Shown here: piece after piece, positions 1 to 14,145 of the stretch | How the letters are laid out: each line of letters opens with the position of its first letter | Position numbering within the stretch: position 1 is the first letter of the stretch | DNA from: Eledone cirrhosa | Taxonomy: Eukaryota | Reading direction: 5' to 3' | DNA length: 64,000 nucleotides | Assembly (NCBI GenBank): GCA_964016885.1 | Contig: OZ024757.1 | Location: 4,278,001 to 4,342,000 of the forward strand | Translations under genes and position numbers: made by a program | The notes under the pieces: model-generated | Seen by the model: the letters and a program-made list of their open reading frames with translations, nothing else | What the model was told of the DNA's origin: nothing | Database searches by the model: none

Positions 1-1990
1 AATCTCCATTTGGGTGCTGGTGGGGTGGGGAAACCTTTCAACAGGACGCGGTTGATGGGTTTGTGGCAGGGGTTGCCCACGTCCTGTGAAAATTTAATTT
101 TCAGGTCTTTATAGGTTTCCATAGAAACCCTTATAAGTTTAAGGTGTGGAGACGATTCTGCCTTGACGAAAGTTTTGCCCTCCGTCTCCACCTTGGGGTT
201 TTGGGAGATGACCTCCATCAAACTCTTGTTGTTTGTGTTGATGTATGCGTATTGTTGTTTGTGTTTTTGTTGTATTGTTTTAGTTTGTTGTTCATCTGGG
301 AGTTTTCTTTTGATGGTGGGTGCTTGTGTTTGGGGTGGTGTTGGTGCTGGTTTTGCTGATAGGGGGGTGTTTGACTGTGGTGTTGTTTGTGTTGTTGTTT
401 GTGTCTGTGGTTGGAGTTTTGGGGGTTTTGTGGTGTCTCTTTTTTTGTTTTTTGGATTTCCGCGGTTCTCCCTCTTCTTCACTTAAAGAAGGAGAAGCAG
501 CTTCATCCGTCGATGAATAATCATCGTCAGGTGTGTGGGGTAAGGGTATGTTGTGTGGTGGTGGTGGTGGTGTTTCGGTATGTGTGTTTGTGGTAGTGGG
601 ATGGAGTGGGGATGTGTTCTTCAAGGGTGTTGTCTCTGTTTTTTCTGTTGTTGTTGGTTGAGTGTCTGTTTGTTTTGGTGTGGTTGCTCGTTTCGTCTGT
701 CGTTGTACTTGTGGTGGTGGTGGTTGTTTTGGTGTTGGTGTTGGTAATAGCGTTTTTTTTATGATGTTGCTGTTGTGTGTTTGTGGACAAGAGGCTTTTA
801 GGTGAGATGTGCTACCACAGCGAAAGCAGTGAAATTTTCTTCCTTCTACCGAAATGTTTATTTTGTTGTTATCATCGATGACGACTCTTTCGGGTATTTT
901 GGAGATTCTCTCCGGTTTCATTTGCAACAGAATCTCCAAATCGGTGCCCGCCCACCTTTGTCGAATGGATTTTCGTATCGAAAGTATTGTCTGTTTCTGG
1001 CTCTACGAAGCCAGCCAAGATCCACCAGATGTTAATGCTTGGAGGTATGTTTTTTATTTTTATTTTTTGTGTCCTTTTCCCCATGTATGTAGGGAAAAAG
1101 GTGTATGCTTTTGACACTATTGGTGTCACAGAGTTTTTTGGGGCCAGTGTCTCGCTTTTAAACAGTACGGAAACACTTCCGTACTGTTTTCCTCGCTGGA
1201 GAAAATCGACATTTCCTAGAATCTCCTTGAAAGAATCTTCTATATCTGACTGATTAACAAATGTCGGTTTTCTTGACGAATTTGACACAGTCCTAAAAGT
1301 GACTGATCGGCGGTTTGTGTCTTCCTTTATTTCAAGGGGTGAGTTAATTCTAAACCCACCTCTTTCTTCGAAAGTTACAAATTTTCTCCCTTGCTGGAGC
1401 ATATCTCTTGCGTTGGAGATATCAAGATTTATAAAATCTTGTTTCTTGTTGACTGTGTCAGCAAAAGACATTTTCTTTTTTTGTGTGATGTTGTTGTTAA
1501 TAATGATGTGATCGTTGTTGGAAATTTTATGTGTAGATGTATCTGTAGAGTTGTTGATGTCTTTTTCATGTGTATGTATGTCAATGGGTTTTTTTGCCGT
1601 GTTTTCCCGTGTGTTATTGTCATTTTTCTCCGCTTCGGCGGTAGAAATTGTAACATTTTCAAATGTTGATATATTTTTTTCTTTTGTGACAGTATCTATG
1701 GCAACGTCCATAGCAGCAGAAGCAGATATAACGTTAATATCTGCCTCTTTCTCTCTCTTTTCACTATTAACGTTCTCCAGCGTTCTAGTGTTGCTCAAGT
1801 TTTTTTTCTTTGTAAAATTTGATATTTTAAGACAAACTTTTAAATAAAATTTTCGCCCCTGTAGGGGCGAAAAATGGGATTACCACCCAGCTGACAATTC
1901 AGCTTGGGGGTTAATCTACAAAGTGTTGTATTTTTTTCAAACAATTAGATCGGTTTTTTGCATAGAAATTAACAAAAAACTTACCGGCGA
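1..1990 (-). pseudogene. Frameshifted ORF1 (gag-like, CCHC zinc knuckle) of a non-LTR retrotransposon, running off the window start
   Basis: ORFs 872..1798 and 292..939 overlap out of frame. The motif CFRCGSTSHLKASC (CX2CX4HX4C) is followed by a T/P/Q-rich tract, and another frame stays open to position 1. The clade (L1/Tx1-like) is not resolved. Confidence 0.7.
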
Positions 1991-2007
1991 TATTCCACAC
2001 GTTAGAC

Positions 2008-2012
<5 letters not shown>

Positions 2013-2079
<67 letters not shown>
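2013..2079. repeat. (GATA)n microsatellite
   Basis: Direct reading. Confidence 0.95.
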
Positions 2080-2280
2080 GAAGTAATATGAGAACGTCTG
2101 TGTTCCCCATGTTGCGGCTTGGTTTAGAGGGGGTTAGGTTGCAGGTTTACGGTGATTTCTGAATGTTTTGTATACGGGTTAAGTAAGTCAACCAACGTTC
2201 TTATTTACATATATGTATAAACGTAAGCATTTGTATATATATATATATATATATTTGTATATATATATATATATATATAA

Positions 2281-2472
2281 CGAAGGAGGTGTGGTAAAGT
2301 ACCAGATGAACCATAACGGACCAGAGTACTCAATACTTAGGGTAGTAGAGTGGGTAAGAAGAAAATATTTAACCCCGATGGCAGAGCTCAAGCCGTTTCG
2401 AGGGCTATTTCTGGAGTCCAGAAATAGCCGTCGAAACGGCTTGAGCTCTGCCGTCGGGGTTAAACATTTTCC
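2281..2472. mobile_element. Short fold-back element (3' half of an HHR) with tail, in (TA)n
   Basis: Arms 2361-2415 and 2417-2471. GAAA-CGGC..GCCG-TC forms an HHR stem III and cleavage triplet. Tail 2281-2360 matches the reverse complement of 29864-29940. Confidence 0.75.
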
Positions 2473-3223
2473 TATATATATGGTAAGTATGGTACCAGGA
2501 AAAGGAGGAATAACTAGGCAGAAAAAATTGGTCAGTGGAGAAATTCATTGAGAGTTCATTCCTTAACATATGTTTCTGTGCAATATCCGTCTACAAGCGC
2601 TGACTGCAAATTCCAAGCTCAATCGCATGCATTACGTAATAAAATATTTCACTTCATCAGAAATAGAAAAAGTTGTTATAGTCGTTGCATTTTTGCAATA
2701 AGTATCACTGCTGACTGCTCCAAGGTATAAGCCACTGGCACACAGAGAAAGTCAGAGTCAAAATGCAAAAATGCAACGACACCACCTTGGGCTATAACAA
2801 TTGTCTCTCTTCTACTGAAGGTACCATTAGGAATCATAGACTTAACCGATGAGTAATTTATAATCGGCATTGGAAATATTCCCAGTATTCCTATCATCCT
2901 TTGCTACCTTCAGCAACGTGTACGAACATCACACTTTATCGCCCTCGTTTCTAAACATCAGGACATTCTATGTCATGGGTCCTTAGTTGACTAATAGATT
3001 TAGGAAGTCTATAGTTCCAACTTGAACATAAAGGACTAATACAGCTCCCATGTGTTTATTGTACATAAACAACTGTCTGGCATTCTCAACGGCTACTGAC
3101 ATGATCACAGAACAACAGTGATAACGAGACCCAATCTGTTTATCATAACAAAATAAATCGATATAGATCATATAGTTATCATAACTATATGATCTATATA
3201 TAATGAACTAAAATAATGAACTG

Positions 3224-3500
3224 ATATACATACATACGTACACACACACATACACACACACAGACATACATGCACACACATATATATGCACACACATACA
3301 TACACACATACAGACACACACATACACGCATATATATATACACATATATACATACATACACACATCCATACACACATACATACAAACACACATCCATACA
3401 CATACATACACACATACATACACACACACATCCATCCATCCATACATACATACATACATACATACATACATACATACATACATACATACATACATACATA
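3224..3500. repeat. Compound (CA)n/(TACA)n microsatellite
   Basis: Direct reading. Confidence 0.95.
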
Positions 3501-4410
3501 CTTTGAAGGATACGCTTTCGCAACCCAAGAATAGGAAATTAACACGAAATACCTGATTCACAAAAGAGATAGGGATGCAGGCAAAACACCTAGATGTGAT
3601 AACAAGTGCAGACCCTGCAGAACTAACATCAAATATGTCACCCATGTCATCAGCAGCTGTACAAAGATGTCATCGCGTTACTATCTACCTATGAGGCATG
3701 ATGTAGTGGCCAAATCACTGTACAATGCAATCCGTAAAAAAGATAGCCCCGATAATAAACACATTAAAAGCTACAGCAATGTGGAAGACATCCATGTACA
3801 TAATATGAAAGTACTGGTGGAATGTAAAAACACCAATAAAATGCAAGCATAACAGACCAGATATTATGATCTGGGACAGGGAAAAGAAAGCATGCACAGT
3901 AGTGGAAGTTAGCTGCCCAGCAGATGCCAATATAATATCAAAGATTAGCGAAAAGGAGAATGATGAGAAATCTGCAGATACTCCACCTTGATTACACCTT
4001 CAGATTTATGCATGTGATTATTGGGGCACTGCGATATGTTAATAATTGCCTCAATACAAATCTTGAGAAACTAGGCTTCACAGTTACAGAAAGAACACAA
4101 CTAGTTAGGAAATTACAAGTACAATCCATTAATGGAACAGTAAAAATATGTAAAACATTCCAAAAATGTTGCATCTAATAACTGTATATACACATGTACA
4201 GATACAAAGCATATACACATGCACACATACAACTCAAAACATCCACATCCACACATACAATAACATCTATATGTACACATGCATGCAGACATGCATATAT
4301 AGTTGATACCTAGTTGATGTGTAAATTCCAATGAGAGAGTTTTGTATTTATGTTAGAAACCGACTCTCTCTCTATTGGCAAAAAATTGTGAAATTATAAA
4401 ACCAGAAGAA
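3501..4410 (+). mobile_element. 5'-truncated, decayed R4/Dong-type RLE non-LTR retrotransposon (copy 1)
   Basis: FEGYAFATQE, CCHC remnant, MSSRYYLPMRHD and PDIMIWD..VVEVSCP RLE motifs across frames. The 3' end ...ccagaagaa abuts (CATA)n. Confidence 0.85.
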
Positions 4411-4430
4411 CACACATACATACATACATA

Positions 4431-5630
4431 CCTCGAAGCGTAGGAGCCCGTTTCTCGAGCAAGTCTATCTGCATGAAACAGATAAGATCATGAGAGTTGG
4501 GAAGGAACTCCTCGAGAGATATTCCCTGTGTGATAATCAAAACCTCACACCCAGGGATGTCGCTCAGCAGTATCGCAGTTAATCCATGGATGAAAAACTG
4601 CATGCCTATCAGCAAAAAAACATGCATGGATATGTTGCCAGGAAGCTCCAGAGTGAGAGTAATATAGATAAGGAAAGTAGTCCATCTTGGACCAACAACC
4701 GCTATATTGGCTCCCACTTTGAAGGATACGCTTTTGCAATCCAGGAATAGGAGATTAGCACAAAATACCTGATTCACAAAAGAGATAGGGATGCAGGCAA
4801 AACACCTAGATGTGATAACAAGTGCAGACTCTGCAGAACTAACATCGAGGATATCACCCATGTCATCAGCAGCTGTCCAAAGATGTCATCGCGGTACTAT
4901 CTACCTATGAGGCATGATGTAGTGGCCAAAACACTGTACAATGCAGTTCGTAAAAAAGATAGCCCTGATAAAAAACCCATTAAAAGCTACAGCAATGTGG
5001 AAGACATCCATGTACATAATATGAAAGAGTACTGGTGGAATGTTCCAGTAAAAACCCCAATAAAATGCAGACATAACATACCAGATATTATGATATGGGA
5101 CAGGGAGAAGAAAGCATGCACAGTAGTGGAAATTAGCTGCCCAGCAGATGCCAATATAATATCAAAGATTAGTGGAAATGAGAACATTTATGCAGAACTA
5201 ATGAGAAATCTGCAGATACTCCACCCTGATTACACCTTCAGATTTATGCTTGTGATTATTGGGGCACTGGGATATGTTAGTAACTGCCTCAATACAAATC
5301 TTCACATGAACAGAAAGAACACAACTAGTTAGGAAATTACAACTACAATCCATTAATGGAACAGTCAAAATATGTAAGACATTCCAAAAATGTTGCATCT
5401 AATAACTGCATATACACATATACAGATGCAAAGCATATACACATGCACACATACAACTCAAAACATCCACATCCACACATACAATAACATCCATATCTAC
5501 ACATGCATGCATACATACATACCGACCAAGTTGATGGTGTGTAAATTCCAATGGGAGAGTCTTGTGTCTGTTAGAAACCGACTCTCTCTCTCTATTGGTA
5601 AAACTTTGTGAAATTATAAAACCAGAAGAA
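4431..5630 (+). mobile_element. 5'-truncated R4/Dong-type element (copy 2, same family as copy 1)
   Basis: ORF 4883..5332 carries RHD, EYWWN, PDIMIWD..VVEISCP and IIGALG. It has the same 3' end ...ccagaagaa, followed by (CATA)n. Confidence 0.88.
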
Positions 5631-5734
5631 CATACATACATACACACATACATACATACATACATACATACATACATACATACATACATACATACATACA
5701 TACATACATACATACATACATACATACATACATA

Positions 5735-6312
5735 CATGGTGGCTGCCAACTCGTTTTCGAGTACGGCCATTACTTTATATCCATGTAGGAGAACCCCTAC
5801 CGATGCGCTGAACGAATGTGACTTTTTAGTCCTGCCAGCGACTTGAAAACTCCGGTACAAACACTACACTTGTGACAATTATTGACACATAGTGCTGGGC
5901 CCATGGTACCATGTGACGACAAGTGCAGAGAGATCTCCAGAAATATAGCAATGCCTGTGCCGTGAAGCTTTTATAGTGAGCAAAGGCACTGCACAAAGCC
6001 AGTCCCACTCTCTTAACCAAGATGATATTTACCAAAAAGAAGAACAAGTCAACATCATTGGATACCATCAGGGTTGCAGGTGTTATATCAGAGTTTTCCT
6101 TCTCCTGGAATTCTGCCTTGTCAAAGGCTAAGGGTCATCTCTCCCAGTTATTTTGGATGGCCATTGACTCTTAAGAGCTTCTTTGCCCTTTGATTGGTTT
6201 TGTTTTTAGTCACCCTCCTCACCAAGAAACCTTGGTGGAGTTGCCAGTTTAGTCGCCAACGACCCAACCATGAGACAGGTTGTACTGGGATACATGTTAC
6301 CAGTAGCACACA
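5735..6312 (-). mobile_element. Non-coding RTE-associated SINE-like element
   Basis: Near-identical inverted copy of 27545-28140. Contains aggagaaggaaaactctgat, which I recall from RTE 5' regions, and ends gcagccaccatg plus a microsatellite tail. Confidence 0.6.
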
Positions 6313-6371
6313 ACATATTCACATACATACATACATACATACATACATACATACATACATACATACATACA

Positions 6372-6400
<29 letters not shown>

Positions 6401-6403
<3 letters not shown>

Positions 6404-9400
6404 ATGGCGACCGTTGTGGTCAGTGTCCGATAATCGGACGTGTGTAATTACGGCTTACATGAAGGCAACATACCATATATTGGAAAAAGTTGAGCTACAT
6501 TACGCGGTAAGATTATATACAATAATTCTACATAAGTGTTTGAACTGTAAGTGTGTTGTAAAACACCTATTTATATGAACGATACATACACTTATGATAT
6601 ATGAACGATACATATACTTTAACATATAAATGCAACGTTGTTATATTACATTTATAAAGAAATATACAAGTAACGTTTTCGATTCAGAAACAAAAACATA
6701 AGTGTTTGAACTGTGAATATGTTGTGAATAAGTTGTAGAACACCTATTTATGTGAATGATACATAAACTTTAACATATAAATACAGCGTTGTTATATTAT
6801 ATTACATTCATAAAGGAATATACAAAGTAACGGTTCTTTTTGTTCTCGATTCAAACGATTCAAGAACAACGTTTAAAACACAGTTGTAGAATTAAAAACT
6901 AACTGAAAAGAAATATTACCCAATGTGAATAACTTTAAATTTGATTCTGACAGAACTTTGTCGAAACTTTTAAAGAAGATCATCGACTATTTTGAAAAAT
7001 AAATACGAAATATTAGTGAATAGACGAACTCATCATGGCAAAAAGTACAAGTCGCCTTCGACCAAATCGCAACTACAACCGTTGTATACAATGGAGCTAC
7101 GAGCTTAAGAAAGTATTATATGAAGCATACAAACAATCTGAACCCCAAAAGTTCGGTTTTATGCAAAGGCAAAAAACTTTATGGAACTCCAAACACCCAG
7201 AATTAGACTTTTCTCCAAAGCATTTAAATGAACAGGCAAAACGTATCATTAGATGTAAATTGATACATCTAACGAAATTGAGTGATACTACAAATACAGC
7301 CCTTGTAGACAACCACCCCACCTCCACTGACAGACAAAGAGAATGGCCAGCTAAATCTAACAGTGAACAGTTCACCAACAATTTTGCTGAAATCCATCCC
7401 ACTTCCACTGAAGAACAGTGAGAAAGGTCAGCTAACTCTAGTAGTAATTGTCACCACATCAACAACGAGGCTGAAATTCATGACTCTACTGAACAAACAG
7501 AGCACCAAAAACTTGTGGACACCCTACAAGTGATATGGAACGATATGTTTCAAGAGATACATAGCCTTAATGTGAGTGACAGACCATACAACACCAGAAT
7601 CAGTAAAGAACCCTCTAAAGTGGAATTGGAAGCGGTGAACGAAATAGTTGGCAATTATCTGAAGGCTATACGATCTAAAGGTGTAGAAACGACATTTGAA
7701 ACGCTTAATGTTTTGTTATATGTTTCAGCTGTCACATTGCTATCATATAACACACATCTAAAACCACGCAATCAAGATACAAACAGAAAGCCTGAACTAG
7801 CGTGGATACGAAATTTAAAAACCAAAATGTTGTCCCTGAGACGAAGTATCTCACACATCGCAGTCGTTATGAAATGCAACATAGAGAGCAACTTCACACG
7901 ACACCAGGAAGACCTAAAGAAAAAGTTAGAGAGACGATTTGGAGATACAAAATTTAAAACTTTGAATTCCAAATTACACCAGTTGAAACAACAACTCACA
8001 GCTACAACAGAAAGACTAAAATATAAGTCAACAGCACATAAACGACAAGTGCTAAATAGATTGTTTGCCAGAGATCCTAAATCAGTTTATTGCAGCTTCG
8101 GTGGCAAAAGCTCAATCCCTGTAAACGACACCCCTTCAAAAGAACAGGTTGAGAGCTACTGGAGATCTGTATGGGAAACGGGTGACGGATTCAACAGACA
8201 AGTTAATTGGCTAAAAGAACTGGAACAGGACTACTGCCAACATGTCCAGATAAAACAATATGACATAGATGGGTCAATACTGGAAATAGCTCTACAGAAA
8301 ATGTCGAATAGGAAATCGCCAGGCCCACTTCTCATTACAGGATACTGGTTGAAGAATTTCACTTTCTATCGGCAAGATCTCATACGGCTGTTTACAGAAG
8401 CCATTAAAGGCACACAAGAACAGCCTAGATGGTTATCAACTGCCACTACTATCCTCATTCCCCAAAATAGCCAAACTACCCTTGCTAAAAATTACCGCCC
8501 AATAGCCTGCCAAAACATCATGTATAAATTATATACTGGGTGCCTTAACCTGTTCTTACAGGATCACTGTGCTACCAACAACATCATAACACCTGAGCAA
8601 GCTGGTGGAAAGAGGGAGGTGTGAGGTTGCATAGATCACCTACTAACCAACAAAATGATTCAGGAAAAAACAACAAAGAATCGCAGAAACATGACTGTGG
8701 TGTGGCTGGACTATCAAAAAGCATTTGATAGTGTACCTCATGGGTGGATTATTAAGGCTTTACAGTTAGCTAAAGTCCCACAACCATTGGTAGCTGCTGT
8801 TGAACGCCTGACCAAGAACTGGTACACCAATTTGATCCTTAGAGGTGAGAAGGAGCAAGTTAAGACTGATAAGATACATTACCAGAAGGGCATCTTTCAG
8901 GGTGATAGCTTGTCAGTGCTACTCTTCGTTCTCTCACTGAATCCACTATCTTACCTACTCAGGAAACAAGGTGGACAAAGAAGTGGGTCCAGAAGTATCT
9001 CCCATCTTTTCTTTGTTGATGACCTGAAGTTGTATGGGCCAAATATCAATGACATCAAGAAACAATTGGACCTCATTACACAATTTTCAACCGACATCAA
9101 AATGAAATTTGGTGAGTCCAAGTGTGCATATTTGGCAGTAAAACGTGGAAGAGCTGTGCCCTCCTCTAGAAATCTAGAGATGAACGGCCTGACAATACAA
9201 CCTCTGCAGTCAGGTGACAACTACAGATATCTTGGACAGGATGAGAATGTCAGATATGATGGACCCATAAATAAGGAGAGAACCAGAACTGAATACCTCA
9301 GAAGAGTAAAGAAAATATGGTCATCAGAACTGTCAGCATACAACAAATACATTGCCCACAATAATTATGCTGTGTCAATTCTAACGCCAATATTTGGCCT

Positions 9401-10620
9401 ACTGAACTGGTCATTGCAAGAACTAAGTGAGATGGATGTTAGAACTCGAAAACTTCTCAGTGTTACTGGGAACTTTAACATCAATGGTGATGTGGATAGG
9501 CTATACTTCTCACGCAAGGAAGGTGGCAGGGGTCTAAAATCAATATTAACAACATATGAGACCCGGATAGTAACACTGAAGCAACACCTTCAACAGAGGA
9601 AAAAGGTTGGCAACCATCTTGCCCAGGTTTCTGAGCATGAAAAACAAAAATCATTAGAGTAGCGACTGATCTGGAGGAGAGATATGGAATAAAGCCTGAT
9701 ATAAATCTCTCACCCAGAGAAATCGGAAGATCCTATTCAATGTTCAAACAAGATAAAAAAATTGACCAATTTACAGAAAAAGTTGTGCATGGATACTTGA
9801 GGCGTAAAACACAGACCATAGAGGGGATAAACCACTCAAAAAGCCTGGCATGGAGTTCCGACAAGTTTATGACATCACACCTTGAGGGATATCTCTATGC
9901 AATACAGGAACAAGAACTCCCTACCAAATATCTGCTGCACAAAAGAGGAGGGACAGTAGCTGACAATAAATGTAGGCTATGTAAAACAAAGATCGAGGAT
10001 GTAAGCCACATTGTTGCCAGCTGCGAAAGAATGTCATCTCGCTACTACCTCGCCTAGAGATACGATGGGATAGCTAGAACCATCTGGAACGCACTTCGGA
10101 AAACAAAATTAACAAACGAGGAGGAATATATTGAGACAGATGGCACTAAGGAATACTGGTGGAACCTGAAAATAAAAACTGCCACCAAATTAAAGCACAA
10201 CCGGCCTGATATTGTTGTTTGGGACCACACATTGAAAACGTGTTCTGTTGTGGAGATCAGCTGCCCACTTGATGTAAACGTTGTCAGAAAAATACAGGAG
10301 AAGGAGGACATCTACGGACCATTGATGAGGAGTTTACAAATCCAGTATCCAAGATACACCTTTAGCTTCATACCCATCATTATTGGAGCTACGGGTTATA
10401 TACCAACCCGCTTAGACCAAAGTATGACTGAACTTGGATTTGCGGACAAAAAGCGCAGCTCCCTAATTCATAGTCTACAAATGGCTGCGATAGCTGGCAC
10501 CTTCAAAATTTGCAAAACATTCTTGCGATTCAAGGGATTTTAATTTCTTTTCTTTTACAACCTTGCCACCAGGAAGGTGGCCGGTCAAAAAAATATACTC
10601 GAAATTAAGAGAAAGAGGTA
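6401..10620 (+). mobile_element. Near full-length R4/Dong-type RLE retrotransposon, disabled
   Basis: One ancestral ORF 7035-10543, broken by stops (7421, 8624, 10057) and a frameshift (~9650). N-terminal W..L..Y..S.P...GF..R...LW; RT motifs DYQKAFDSVPH, GIFQGDSLS, FVDDLKLY; CRLC..HIVASC; RPDIVVWD..EISCP..KEDIY. Flanked by CATA repeats. Confidence 0.92.
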
Positions 10621-10907
10621 CATACATATGTCGGTATCTTTCGGAATATAGAACGTGCTCTTTTTCCTAAATTTGACCCTTAAAATCACTGTGCGTCTTA
10701 TAAGGCGAATGTCAGGTTTGGAGTAATTAGTGTATGTAGAAATTTTATAATTAAAAAGTAAGAAATATTTAGACTTTTGTTTAAATTTACGAAAGTATAA
10801 CTACTTGAAAAATATTTAGGAAGAACAGAAATAGATTGGTAATTAGTCTTGTTTTTATTACACATTTCTCTTGTTTGAGACCATTTTCGCGCACATACGG
10901 CTGAGAA

Positions 10908-11572
10908 TACTGTAAGGAGGGTGATGAACTTTAACACTGAAATAGATGTCATACTTGGTGAACTGCTCAGTTACAACCCCTTGATGGTTCGCTCGGGGTG
11001 CCTGGGTCTGTCCGTCCTCCTTGAGTGCTTGAAAATAGATTAAAGTTTCCTTTTCTTCAGTATATTAGTAACTCACTCAATAAGCAGTACATCCCGCTAC
11101 CCGCTTAGCTGACAGGAAAGATCTGATGTAGATGATCAGGGACGACATAACAACAACAGGCTGCTACTATCGTCTCTGAGTCTAAAACAAAAACACTCTT
11201 TTTCCTTCTCAGTTTTTTCTTTGCTTTTTTCCTTAAAGCTTCTTGGAATGTTTTTACCATCATTCTGTTTGTGTACAACTATTATGCAATTTACACCTGA
11301 AGATGTCACCGAGTTCTTACGCCAACTAGCCACTGAAATGTACATGGTGTTTGTAGGAATAAATAATTCAGGAAATTCAACCTGTCTGGCGTCCTGTCAT
11401 TTTACTTTATATATCTAACTCCGTTCCCGTACCACCAGCATGATTCAACATCAAAGATGGTTGAGTTGCATAAGGTCGAGTGTTTTTCTCATATTACGTC
11501 ATGATTAACATTGCAATATGACCAATTCTATCCAGTGGTAAACCACCAAATTTAAACGTATATCTACTTATA
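10908..11572 (+). mobile_element. Non-coding HHR-like element with tail (copy 1 of 2)
   Basis: Near-identical to 19541-20205. HHR-like core at 11293-11350; tail related to 40435-40579. Confidence 0.75.
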
Positions 11573-12360
11573 TAAAACTGATGTTATCTGTGTGTCCTCA
11601 TTTTTGCAAAGTCTATACAAATCCACATTTCTACTCCGATTGACTTCAAACTTGCATTCATATATTCCTTGCGGTCTAAAGATATTATCTGCAGCTTTTA
11701 TTTTTCAATTTTCTGTTGTTAAAGAGGTGTTATCGATCTCCGTCGAGCCCTTATAATATCTGTCTGTATGTCTGGCTGTCTACATAACGACATTCTGACG
11801 AACACGTCATTGATACACACACACACATATATACATATACATCTAAAGAGAGAAAGGGAGATGTAGAGAGAGAGAGTGAGATAGGCCGTTATACAGAGAG
11901 AGGTACAAGATATTCAGATAGAGAGAGAGAGATATTGGCGACGAACGCTGGTTCACACACAAACACACATATATCTATATAAAGACAGAGAGAGAAGGGC
12001 GGGGAGATCTGCGTGTTCTTTGGTCTCCATTCTGTAGAGGTAAAGAGAGAAAGAGAGGGGGCATGAGTGGGAGAGAGAGAGAGAGCGAGAGGGAGAGCGA
12101 GAGAGAGAGCGAGAGAAAGAGAGATAGGGTATGAGGAAAAAGGGAGAGGAGGTGAGAAAGAAAGAAAGAGAGTGAGGAACTTTAACTTTTATATATTTAT
12201 CTATTGTTTACACACTGTTCAACTCCCCCTTTCCTCAACCTAAAGTCTCTTTCTCTCTTTCACAGAAGGCGTACTGTGACTGTATGTGTTATATATATTT
12301 ATGTCGGCACACACACATACAAAAGACGCATCTCTCTCTCTATATATATATATTTATATA

Positions 12361-12440
<80 letters not shown>

Positions 12441-12445
<5 letters not shown>

Positions 12446-12738
12446 TAAAGAAAACGAAAAATCAGTGATGCATCTGGACTCAATTTATTGCGTGTTACAA
12501 TTGTTTCGCCGACAGGTAGCTCGAGACATGGTCCCTGTATGGATCTGGCTGATTTATACAGGGACCATGTCTCGAGCTACCTGACGGCGAAACAATTGTA
12601 ACACGCAATAAATTGAGTCCAGAGGCATCACTGATTTTTCGTTTACTTTATACTATCTACACTCTACTCTGCTGAATATTGAGTGCTAATTTTGGCATAC
12701 CGCCTATGGAAGCACCATAGCTACCATTATACCCAAGT
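12441..12738. mobile_element. Fold-back element with tail, in (TA)n
   Basis: Arms 12441-12540 and 12556-12656; GAAACAATTGTA is an HHR 3' half; same family as 22243-22923. Confidence 0.85.
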
Positions 12739-12804
12739 ATATATATATATATATATAAGGGTGAAAGCAGCGATTCTTTGCTTAAAATTTAATCTGTTAT
12801 TTTA

Positions 12805-12869
<65 letters not shown>

Positions 12870-13863
12870 AATATATATTTGTGAAATGGGTGGTGGTTGA
12901 AATTCAGTTGTGCACGGTTAAATGGTAGTAGACGTGGTCGGACGGACATGAAAATTTACACACCTATGTAAAAGGTGCTAAGGAAGCAAATAGATGCTAA
13001 GGAAGCAAATCTCTAACTCGAAAAATTTGGTCCCTGGGGCCCCAAAACTGTCTATTTACTATCGCGTTCGGTGAGTTATTTCCCCTGTTCTAATACTTTC
13101 AATATAATATTCATTGTCTTATTTACAATTTCATACAAATTTTTAAACTCATCAATTTCTTTCGCTGCGTTCTTTCGCAGAGTTCTTTCGCTGTTAACAT
13201 ACAGTACCGTTTTATGAAATCGATTCTGCAGTACCATTTTACGAAATGCCAAACCGAAAGCGGTCACTGTTTTCCATCAAAAGAAATAAAACCCTTAAAT
13301 TGCGAAGAAGGGAGGCATGTTCTCAAGTACGTTTTTTCCGATATCATTTTCATTTTAATTCTAATACATGTTAATCACCACTAACAGTAAGTAGTATTTT
13401 TCAAAGTCAAATGAAAAGTTTAAAGTTTTCAATTTTCAATTACAGTTGCTCTATATTAAATTTAAATGCTTCTATAACGATCATACAGTACCGTTTTATG
13501 AATTTAATGAATGGGATCTATAAGCCCTTTGGTTGCCGAGTTAATTAATTCAGTTTTTTTTAAATATTCATTGTCTTATTTAAAATAACATATCAAAGAC
13601 AACGTTATTTCGCTGCTAATAAACTGTTGCCTTCTACAGTACGTTTCATTTTCATTTTTCAATTACAGTTGCTCTATATTAAATTTAAATACTTCTATAA
13701 CGATCATACAGTACCGTTTTATGAAATCGAATCTGCAGTAGAATTTTACGAAATGCCAAACCAAAAAAGGTCACTGTTTTCTAACAAAAGAAATAAAACC
13801 CTTTCATTGCGAACCCCCTGTTCTAATACTGGGGTTAGTTATTTCCCCCTCTTCTAATAAACG

Positions 13864-14145
13864 TCTAATATATAGAGGTCTCTCTTGCTGACCAGGGCAA
13901 TCAAAGTGTAAACTATCATACAAACCTTCATAATCTGCATTTTCAAACTTGCATATCATCGACATTGCTATTTCGCTGTTAATAAACAACGCCTTTGACG
14001 TCGCTCCACTTCTCATTGTACGCCGTCCAGCACCAAGTGCATATTTCTATTTTTTTTCCTGATACTGCTTCTTTATAATAAACTTTCAATAATATTTTTC
14101 AAATTATTAAAAGTGGCCCCAGGTGCAACCGGGCTCAGCTACTAG
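13864..14145 (+). mobile_element. Short non-autonomous Helitron-like element
   Basis: 5' TCTAATATATA and a 3' GC-rich imperfect hairpin followed by CTAG. Confidence 0.45.

Noticed and set aside
2530-3215. Possible host exon or transposase remnant (ORF 2676..2897)
   Set aside because: No recognisable motif or splice support.
6401-6510. HDV-like ribozyme at the R4/Dong 5' end
   Set aside because: P2- and P4-like pairings exist, but there is too little sequence for P3/L3/P1 and no L3 consensus.
8622-8624. In-frame TGA as possible readthrough or selenocysteine
   Set aside because: It fits a TGG-to-TGA nonsense change, and the element has other stops and a frameshift.
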